NCBI GenBank assembly: GCA_964497265.1
Contig: CAZCCK010000005.1
Span: forward strand, 1 to 62,706
Origin: Candidatus Woesearchaeota archaeon
GTDB lineage: Archaea; Nanobdellota; Nanobdellia; SCGC-AAA011-G17; GW2011-AR18
DNA length: 62,706 nt
Reading direction: 5' to 3'
The notes under the pieces were generated by a model that was not told where the DNA came from, ran no database searches, and saw only the letters and a program-made list of their open reading frames with translations. A program made the translations under genes and the position numbers. Shown piece after piece: positions 56,231 to 62,706 of the stretch; position 1 is the stretch's first letter, and every line of letters starts with the position of its first letter.

Positions 56231-57307
56231 ATGTTTGAGCGTTATGTTATTCCTGAAAGTGTAGAGAAGAAATTAGTTGATGCGGGTTTAGAAGCGCGTG
56301 TGAAGAATGCAGATCTTCCTGCTTTAAGTTTTATTTCTAGAGAGGCCGTTTTAGAGTGTATTGAGGATGTGAGAAACCGAGGGTATGTTGTTCCAGGAAT
56401 TACCTTTTTGTTGAAAAGTGCATTAAAAAATAAAAATGCTTTTTGGAGTCTTCAAACATCGCAGGGAGAGCAGCATGTTGAGGTCGAGCCTGAAGATTTT
56501 ACGGTTCTCTCTGGGTACTTAGCTGCGCAAGTGATTGAAAATGAGCAAGCCAGCGAGTTTCGAGATAGGTTAGGGTTTTCTTCGAAAAGAGCATTTTTAA
56601 CTACCTTAAGTGCTTACGCTGCGAATAAAAGTACAGCAAGGGGAAACCACGGTTTTTATTGGAAGGCTAAAGAAGGGGATAAAGAGTTTAAAACCTGGGT
56701 GAGTGCAACAATGGATGGAGATTTATTCGTTTTAAGAAAAGATATCAGTTCTTATCCGTGTGTTGATCCGATAGGAGAGCCTGTGCCTTATCGCCCTGAA
56801 CCCATCTCTTTTGAGCAAATGCTTGCTGGGGCACATTCTACTGAACCTTCACTTTTAGTGCATTTGATGAATTACGTCGTCCAGCAGAACGTTGATTCTA
56901 AAATTTTAAGTCAAGAGGGCGCTCTTGCTTTTTTAGAAAAGATGGGACGGTTAGAGCAGAATATTGGTGCTTTTGCTGAAAGTTTATATCCGGATCGAGA
57001 TCCTCATTTTTATCGTGCTCGTTTAGATCATTGGAAGAATAATCCTATTCCTCAGTTGGGCAAAAATTATTCGAGGCATTTTGTTGCGGGAAATAGTTCT
57101 TATAATTATCAAGTTTTTATTGGTGAAAGCGGAAATCTTGTTTTTAGGGGTATGGCGAACGATCTATTTCTAAAACCTGCCTTAAGTGTTCAAGCTGCAG
57201 AAATTGATGATTTTGTAACTGCTTTATTTTTGCAAGCTAAAGCCGGGTTAGGCAGAACTCATGCTTCGGTTTTAGCGGATTTAGTTGCTCATAGGTACCT
57301 TAAGTAA
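56231..57307 (+). CDS. hypothetical protein (358 aa)
   Basis: Clean ORF. A TATA-like CTTATAAA lies ~30 nt upstream. No motif recognised. Confidence 0.6.
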   Translation: MFERYVIPESVEKKLVDAGLEARVKNADLPALSFISREAVLECIEDVRNRGYVVPGITFLLKSALKNKNAFWSLQTSQGEQHVEVEPEDFTVLSGYLAAQVIENEQASEFRDRLGFSSKRAFLTTLSAYAANKSTARGNHGFYWKAKEGDKEFKTWVSATMDGDLFVLRKDISSYPCVDPIGEPVPYRPEPISFEQMLAGAHSTEPSLLVHLMNYVVQQNVDSKILSQEGALAFLEKMGRLEQNIGAFAESLYPDRDPHFYRARLDHWKNNPIPQLGKNYSRHFVAGNSSYNYQVFIGESGNLVFRGMANDLFLKPALSVQAAEIDDFVTALFLQAKAGLGRTHASVLADLVAHRYLK

Positions 57308-57355
57308 ATTTTGCAAAGCTTTTTATACAATTTTAATTGTCTTTTTTTCTTATAA

Positions 57356-57428
57356 GGGCCCATGGTCTAGTGGCTATGACCCCACCCTTACAAGGTGGTA
57401 GTCGCAGGTTCGAGTCCTGCTGGGCCCA
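57356..57428 (+). tRNA. tRNA-Val (anticodon UAC)
   Basis: Acceptor stem GGGCCCA/UGGGCCC with discriminator A. Anticodon stem CCACC/GGUGG with loop CU-UAC-AA. T arm GCAGG-UUCGAGU-CCUGC. Confidence 0.9.
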
Positions 57429-57584
57429 TTTATCTTTAAATTACGTTGAAATTAAAGAGCAGATTACGAACGGAAGTTACTCTCAAGTTCGAGTTGAGAG
57501 CGGAATATAGGCCAGTAAGTTCATTGAACGCGATAGTATTATTTCTCTAAGAAAAGTAAACTAGGCTGTTTTGTTAGAAAAAGT

Positions 57585-59897
57585 TTAAGCGCTTGTTATT
57601 GGTTCGTCAAAGTGTACTGCCCAATTGTATAAAGGATTGCCGTATTGGCTTGGTGTAGTGTCGCTATCTCTCAAATTACCGTGCGCAGAGTTTGTGACGT
57701 TTGCGCCTGAGTAATAGGTAGTGCTTGTGTAAGCGTAGCGTAGTCTTTGATCTGTTCCGGTTGGAGTGTTGCTTAAGGTAACTTGTACTGTGTCTGGAGA
57801 AGCAAGGGAAACTGATGTAATCGTGACTGGGATTCCGTTTTTATCTGAGTATTCAAATCCGTAGTTTGTTTTTGGAACAACAAGAGTCGTATCGAATTGT
57901 AATGGTTCTACAGGTACGTGGAATTTGGCGGTGATAATGTTATCTGTTCGAGTAATTGTTTCTGGCATGAGTGGTTTCCAGTCTTCATGATCAATTAAGA
58001 CTTTTTTCATGACTTTTCCATAGTACTCTCCAAGTTGTCTATATCCGTAACTATTGAAGTGATAATAATTAGCATAGATGAAAGGATAGCCTGGTGTTAC
58101 TAAATAGAATTGGTCTGGATGATCTTTTATTACTTGGAGTTGTGCGCGTGAAGTATTTGGAAAGTTTCCAGCTTCAAAAGTACTCATTTGAATAATAAAG
58201 AAGGGAATGGTGTCGCTTTTTCCAGTGATTGCATTAATATCGGTCTCATAATCATGTTGCCATTCAACCATTTCTGCTTCATAATTCGGGTCGTTAATTT
58301 GGTAGTAATGTCCGCCTACATGCAGAAGAGCCAGGGCTGGAATGTCGTAGGTTTTATCGAGTTGTTGCGCTGCGAGACTTACGTTTTTAATCTGGTTGAG
58401 TGTGTTTTGATAAGTAAGGGTTCCTTTTTTCATCTCTGAGTAGGGTGATCCAGAGATTGCGCTTACGCTAACAACACTTTGATAATCGTGGTTTGGTGTT
58501 GAGAAGGTGAGGAAGTTAGCCATTGCGCTGTTTATTTTTTCTACGGTTTTTTCTACAAGAGGGACAAGTGGTTGAGGTACAAGTTTAGAACTTGTTTGAA
58601 GAAGTTTATTTGAATAAGGTTGGGTAATTGTTAAGGCAGGGCTTCCTGCAACTCCAAGAGCGATGCTTTGACCTATGACCGGAAGGTGATGTAAGTAGAC
58701 CGGATCAGGTGTGATTATGATTGTTGAAGGGTTACTTGCTCCGAAATTATTCGTTGCTCGCACGTTGATAGTATAAGGAATATCATTCTGTAAGTTAGTA
58801 ATATTAAACTGTAAGGAAGTTGTTGTTCCGACAGTAATAAAATTGGTATTATCTGTGCTGTATTCAACAGTGTATCCTTGAATTGGAGAGCCTCCTGTAT
58901 CTGTTGGCGCAGTCCAATAAAGTTTTACTTTTTTATCTGTTGCAACACCATTTAAGTTTTGAGGTGCCAAAGGAGATTGTGCTGGCGTGGTACTTGTAGC
59001 GAAAGTTTGTGATGCACTAAAGGTGCCAAAAGAGTAAGAGTTTGCTTCGATCCAGCTATAGGAGGCATCATTAATCGGTATTGTGCCGTAGTTGTTTTGA
59101 ACTAGCCACGTAAAGCTGAGGATGTATTTATCGGGTAAGTTTGTGAATGTGCTTTCCAAAGGTAAAAGTTGAACGTAAGTATTTCCATAGTTTGAAGGAG
59201 AGTACTCGATAAATCCTTTTGTTGGAGTCCACTGGAAAAATCCTCTGTAAGGTTTGCTTGCGCTGTTTGCTTTGTTAATGTAGAGACTGAAACTTTGGAG
59301 ATTACTTTGTGCTCCTTTGTTGAGGGTGATTGTTGCTGTTTGTTTTTGTGTTCCATCTGAGGTTACATCTTGTTTTGCGAAAGACAAGCTGTTGAAATCG
59401 GAATAGACTGAACCTGTAGGGAGTGTTTGAAAATTAACTTGGGTTGCGATCGTTCCTACGTGGCTGCCGCTTGTTGTATGCCAATAGTAAGAGAGGGTAT
59501 TTGTGTTGCGTTGTCCGTAGCTTGGGCTAATTGTCCATCCGAAAACATAGTTTGCGCTTAGGCCGTCAGTTGAAATGTCTACATGAGATCTACTTTTCAG
59601 AAGGGCGATGTCTATGTTGCCTGCGCTGCTGGTTTCTGTAAAGCCCGCGCTTGGTGTCCATTTAAAGTAAGAGCCTGTTGGTGCCGAGTTAACGGTTAAT
59701 TGAACAATATCGATGCTTTGTATTTCTGCGGTGGTATCGCATCTTACGCTGATTGTTGATTCTTGTAAGTCATCATCATTAGTAAGGACTTGGTTTTTAC
59801 TTACAGTTAGTCCTTGAAAAGTGCAGGCTGCTGAAGCAAGAATGCTGGAAAGTAAAAAAATAAACAACGTTAAGAGGAGTGTTTTTTTCAGGATCAC
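57585..59897 (-). CDS. secreted protein: two novel tandem domains + fibronectin type III + SGNH/sialate-O-acetylesterase-like domain
   Basis: Signal peptide MILKKTLLLTLFIFLLSSILASA. Duplicated ~135-aa units (YFKWTPSAGFTETS... and FFQWTPTKGFIEYS...). FN3 (PQNLNGVATDKKVKLYWTAPTDTGGSPIQGYTVEY). VIGQSIALG resembles the GQSN esterase motif. Confidence 0.7.
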   Translation of the reverse strand: MILKKTLLLTLFIFLLSSILASAACTFQGLTVSKNQVLTNDDDLQESTISVRCDTTAEIQSIDIVQLTVNSAPTGSYFKWTPSAGFTETSSAGNIDIALLKSRSHVDISTDGLSANYVFGWTISPSYGQRNTNTLSYYWHTTSGSHVGTIATQVNFQTLPTGSVYSDFNSLSFAKQDVTSDGTQKQTATITLNKGAQSNLQSFSLYINKANSASKPYRGFFQWTPTKGFIEYSPSNYGNTYVQLLPLESTFTNLPDKYILSFTWLVQNNYGTIPINDASYSWIEANSYSFGTFSASQTFATSTTPAQSPLAPQNLNGVATDKKVKLYWTAPTDTGGSPIQGYTVEYSTDNTNFITVGTTTSLQFNITNLQNDIPYTINVRATNNFGASNPSTIIITPDPVYLHHLPVIGQSIALGVAGSPALTITQPYSNKLLQTSSKLVPQPLVPLVEKTVEKINSAMANFLTFSTPNHDYQSVVSVSAISGSPYSEMKKGTLTYQNTLNQIKNVSLAAQQLDKTYDIPALALLHVGGHYYQINDPNYEAEMVEWQHDYETDINAITGKSDTIPFFIIQMSTFEAGNFPNTSRAQLQVIKDHPDQFYLVTPGYPFIYANYYHFNSYGYRQLGEYYGKVMKKVLIDHEDWKPLMPETITRTDNIITAKFHVPVEPLQFDTTLVVPKTNYGFEYSDKNGIPVTITSVSLASPDTVQVTLSNTPTGTDQRLRYAYTSTTYYSGANVTNSAHGNLRDSDTTPSQYGNPLYNWAVHFDEPITSA

Positions 59898-59935
59898 AAC
59901 AAAGTTAATTTAGTGAAGTTTAATAAAGATTTCCT

Positions 59936-60301
59936 TTATTCTTGATAGTATCCAGAATTACCTAAAGTTAAAGCAATTTCAGCTTTTTTGAGTTCTTTTC
60001 CTATGTAAGCCAGGTGTTGTTTTTCATTGAACCATTTGAAGTTATGTTCTTTTTCATAATTGAAGAGGGTGGTGTAAACATCCTGTGCTCTTTTACCTCG
60101 AAAGACTCTTAAAATTTCATGTTGGTAGTTGCATACTGCTAATTGGATCTCGTAAAATTCAAAATCTACTTTAATTAAGACGTAGCAGCCTTCGTCGTTT
60201 TGATGGTCTTTGTAATCATCGTAAGGTTTACATAAAATAACTTCAAAGTCTTTTGAGACTGTTTTGTCTTTGACCCAGCGTGGTCGTGGTATTTCATTCA
60301 T
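59936..60301 (-). CDS. DUF4346-like protein (121 aa)
   Basis: GCYVLIKVDFE... and C-terminal HLAYIGKELKKAEIALTLGNSGYYQE resemble the DUF4346 pattern (H.aYLG.EL.kAE.al..g..Y.QD). The family call is from memory. Confidence 0.45.
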   Translation of the reverse strand: MNEIPRPRWVKDKTVSKDFEVILCKPYDDYKDHQNDEGCYVLIKVDFEFYEIQLAVCNYQHEILRVFRGKRAQDVYTTLFNYEKEHNFKWFNEKQHLAYIGKELKKAEIALTLGNSGYYQE

Positions 60302-60353
60302 AAAAAAAAGGTATTCAAAGAAGTTATAAGTTTTTCTTTTTGTAAAAACCGTT

Positions 60354-61250
60354 TTAGAACTGATCTTTAATAAGTTGATTCATAACAGAGTTAGGGGGAG
60401 CAAGTCCGCGAGCATACCAAGTGCATGCTTCTTTAGTGTTAGGGTTCTGGATGAAAGGACAGCTGGAAGGATCTTGCTTTGATTCTGCGAATTGGAGAAG
60501 GCAATAATCTTTTACTTGTTGGCTTTGGGTAGGAAGCTGATTGCAGTAATTAAGATCTTTTTTGTATATTCCAAGTTCTGCAATACAATCGTCTTTTAAA
60601 CTGGGATAAGGTTCTACTATTCTAAGGTTATCTCCTGTAAGGGTTTCATAAGTGATCTTGTTGCAGGAGGTTTCTGTGTGTTGTGTTTCAGCTATGCAAA
60701 GGAGGCAAGTATTTTTAACGATGCTTGTGGTGTAATGGCTGCATCTTTCTTCGTTGAGGGTTTGGTAGAATGTTTTGGCGATGGTTAAAGGAACTATTTT
60801 GTAGAAAGATTTTTCTTCTTCTTGAGAAATTGCTGTGTGTTGACATCCCGGGAAGGAGTAGCTGGGTCCTTCATTTACGAATGTTAAGTCTTTTGGTTTT
60901 GGAATGGGCGGCATTGTGGGGTGGGGAGTAAAGGTACACCTATTGTTGATGCAGGTTTGCATTCCTGCTGGGCTGAAAGTGACATAAACAGTGGGTCCTG
61001 GTCCAGAAGATGTGCTTTGAGCTGTTCCAGAGGTTTGACAAAGAAGTACAATTTGGCTGCCTTGATCTTGGAGTTCGCATCCTGTTTCATAAAATTTTGG
61101 ATTTGTTGTTAAAAAATTATTTAATTGCTGTTGAATTTGTGCTATCTGTTGTGTGTTTGAAGAAGGATGGAGGATCCATATTAAGAGTGAAGTTGTAATG
61201 ATGAAGAGGGCGAGGATAATAAAAAAAAGATTGAGATTATTTTTTTGCAT
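60354..61250 (-). CDS. membrane-anchored Cys-rich extracellular protein (298 aa)
   Basis: N-terminal TM LNLFFIILALFIITTSLLIWIL. About 16 Cys spread through the ectodomain. Internal antisense and alternative-frame ORFs are shorter. Confidence 0.6.
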   Translation of the reverse strand: MQKNNLNLFFIILALFIITTSLLIWILHPSSNTQQIAQIQQQLNNFLTTNPKFYETGCELQDQGSQIVLLCQTSGTAQSTSSGPGPTVYVTFSPAGMQTCINNRCTFTPHPTMPPIPKPKDLTFVNEGPSYSFPGCQHTAISQEEEKSFYKIVPLTIAKTFYQTLNEERCSHYTTSIVKNTCLLCIAETQHTETSCNKITYETLTGDNLRIVEPYPSLKDDCIAELGIYKKDLNYCNQLPTQSQQVKDYCLLQFAESKQDPSSCPFIQNPNTKEACTWYARGLAPPNSVMNQLIKDQF

Positions 61251-61280
61251 AGGCGAACCAGGTGCAAAGGGGTTATAAAT

Positions 61281-61733
61281 CTATTTTTTAGTGAGGGCTA
61301 AGTACCATCTTGTTGCTTTTTTATTGTATTTCGCTTTCCAACGTTTTAAAAACAAATCTTTTCTTATTGTTCTTAAAACTCCTTTTTTAGCGGGATCATG
61401 TAGGATGAAGTGGGTTTTTGTAAATCCGCTAATCACTGAAAAGTGTCCTTCGTTCCAGCTTCGAAAGACAATGAGTACTGGGATGTTTTTTATTAAATTT
61501 TTTTCAATTTCTTGTAAAGTTCCATTAATCTTTGAAGTTGTTTTAAATCCTAGTTTTTTACTTATTTTAATTAGATTTTCTTCCTTTGTTCCTTTTTCTT
61601 GGGTTGTGGTAAGTAGTCTTTCTAATTCTTTTTCAGAATAATCTTTCCCATAATAAGAAAGGATCATGCGCAGGCAAGCAGGTCCGCAAGTATAATCTTT
61701 ATTCTGGGAATAATGGGGGAGGTTAAGATTCAT
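61281..61733 (-). CDS. stand-alone C39-like papain-fold cysteine peptidase domain
   Basis: LPHYSQNKDYTCGPACLRMILSYYG (catalytic Cys context), GHFSVISG (His) and LHDP (Asp). No signal peptide. Confidence 0.7.
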   Translation of the reverse strand: MNLNLPHYSQNKDYTCGPACLRMILSYYGKDYSEKELERLLTTTQEKGTKEENLIKISKKLGFKTTSKINGTLQEIEKNLIKNIPVLIVFRSWNEGHFSVISGFTKTHFILHDPAKKGVLRTIRKDLFLKRWKAKYNKKATRWYLALTKK

Positions 61734-61764
61734 GATTTAAGTTTGAGAGAAGAAGTTAAAATAC

Positions 61765-62043
61765 TTATCTTTGTAGGTTTTTTACATTGCTTTTCAGTTC
61801 AATGTTTTGTTGTTTTAAAAGATTTTTTAATCTTTGAAAAGAGTTATCCATTTTTCGATAGGAGATAAGAAATAGGAGGATTGTTCCGATCAGTAAGATA
61901 AGAAAGACGATTTCTGTAAAGAGGGAAAGAGTTGGGCTCAGAAGGTGACTGAGGCTGATTGCGAGTGCGGCTGTAAAGAAGAGAAGGGTATGATCTCTTG
62001 AATGTTCATAATTTAATTTTAAGAGTTCGTAGGCGATTTCCAT
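61765..62043 (-). CDS. small membrane protein (92 aa)
   Basis: Two hydrophobic helices followed by a basic coiled tail. Confidence 0.4.
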   Translation of the reverse strand: MEIAYELLKLNYEHSRDHTLLFFTAALAISLSHLLSPTLSLFTEIVFLILLIGTILLFLISYRKMDNSFQRLKNLLKQQNIELKSNVKNLQR

Positions 62044-62133
62044 CTCGTTTTATCGTAAATCGTGGTTTATAAGAATTTAGAACGTACGAAATGTTTTTTC
62101 TAACAATTATTTTAAAAAAAAGAAAAAAGAATT

Positions 62134-62520
62134 TTATTTTTCCCAAGCTAGAATTCCAAGTAAGATTAAGTTTACGATTGGAATGAGCATCAGTATTCCC
62201 CAGTATCCTGGTTTTTTGAGCCTTTCTGCGATTCTCCAAAAGAACCATGCCATAAAGCCTGCGATAACAAAACTTCCTAAGATTGGAATCAATCCCACTA
62301 AAAGAATGAGTGTGTACCATCCAGATACTTCTGCTAGCTGAGTAAGAAGGTAGACATTTGCTAGTGGGATGAATGCGAGCCATCCGTTAGGAGTTTTGGT
62401 TTTTTTGGCAATAGTCATGAGTGCTAAGGCAGCGTAAATATAGACTGCGAGAGAAACGAGCAGAAATACAAAGAATAATCCTGCGAGTATGCCTCCGAAA
62501 AGTGCTAAAAGTCCGTTCAT
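62134..62520 (-). CDS. DUF5684-like small multipass membrane protein
   Basis: Start moved to M14 because a strong SD GGAGGTG (62526-62532) lies 5 nt upstream. AKKTKTPNGWLAFIPLANVYLL and KKPGYWGILMLIPIVNLI are internal repeats typical of that family. Confidence 0.55.
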   Translation of the reverse strand: MNGLLALFGGILAGLFFVFLLVSLAVYIYAALALMTIAKKTKTPNGWLAFIPLANVYLLTQLAEVSGWYTLILLVGLIPILGSFVIAGFMAWFFWRIAERLKKPGYWGILMLIPIVNLILLGILAWEK

Positions 62521-62623
62521 TCGTTCACCTCCTTTAAAGTCTTTTTTGACGAATCCCATTCTTAAGGTTTTCTATAGGTGAGATCCATAAATCTTATAAG
62601 TAACGACCTATTGTTTACTTGTG

Positions 62624-62706
62624 ATGAAAAGCAAAATAGCTCTTTGTTTATTTTTGGTCGCTTTATTATTGTTATTTGGCTGTAGTTCTAATCAAAGTTC
62701 AACATT
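62624..62706 (+). CDS. putative lipoprotein, 5' fragment truncated by the window end
   Basis: MKSKIALCLFLVALLLLFGCSSNQSS is a signal peptide with lipobox LFGC. The ORF runs off the window. Confidence 0.4.
   Translation, partial: MKSKIALCLFLVALLLLFGCSSNQSST

Noticed and set aside
55885-56232. 115-aa minus-strand ORF.
   Set aside because: It overlaps the VapC 3' end and the better-supported + strand 66-aa gene. Its composition (Phe/Ile/Arg-rich) looks like antisense translation, and it has no TATA or SD at the correct spacing.
57480-57500. Hairpin CTCTCAA-GTTCGAG-TTGAGAG 50 nt after tRNA-Val, whose loop resembles a T-loop. I considered a duplicated tRNA 3' end (att site) or a tRNA fragment.
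   Set aside because: Only about 8 nt (GTTCGAGT) match the tRNA-Val T arm. There is no acceptor-stem repeat and no integrase nearby. It is more likely a simple bidirectional terminator hairpin.
62006-62383. 125-aa minus-strand ORF bridging two membrane-protein genes.
   Set aside because: It overlaps the 61765-62043 and 62134-62520 ORFs in other frames and spans their intergenic A/T tract. Its Arg/Lys/Ser-rich sequence is not protein-like.

Overview
This is an AT-rich, gene-dense 62.7 kb window that reads as archaeal. It carries Rpo7/RpoE', Spt4, ribosomal proteins S24e, S27ae and L15e, aIF2-gamma, TFE, an HMf-type histone, archaeal-type ProRS, GatB and AlaX. It also has an intron-containing tRNA, and TTTAWATA-type TATA boxes sit about 22-30 nt upstream of many starts. 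These markers come with many small orphan ORFs, several very large secreted or anchored proteins and a bacterial-type gyrase, which suggests a small-genome DPANN-like archaeon. That assignment is inference and was not checked by any search.

I call about 70 CDS, 3 tRNAs (Arg-UCG with a 29-nt intron, Arg-GCG, Val-UAC), one intein and one candidate structured RNA. I found no rRNA, CRISPR array, transposase or integrase.

The observations most worth a second look are:
- A complete LAGLIDADG intein splits the Walker A loop of SMC.
- An unrecognised 185-aa ORF is translationally wedged between gyrB and gyrA.
- A perfect 16-bp hairpin with a cUUCGg tetraloop lies behind its own TATA box in a 219-nt gap, and it folds only on the + strand.
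- There are four PIN-toxin modules with three antitoxin types. Two paralogous pairs bracket the rpo7-spt4-S24e-S27ae operon.
- Two tRNA-Arg genes bracket a pair of paralogous helical-repeat proteins.
- A CcdA-linked extracytoplasmic Cys/His module is present.
- There are several clusters of envelope proteins.

All family assignments rest on motif recognition by eye. No BLAST, HMM or folding computation was possible.
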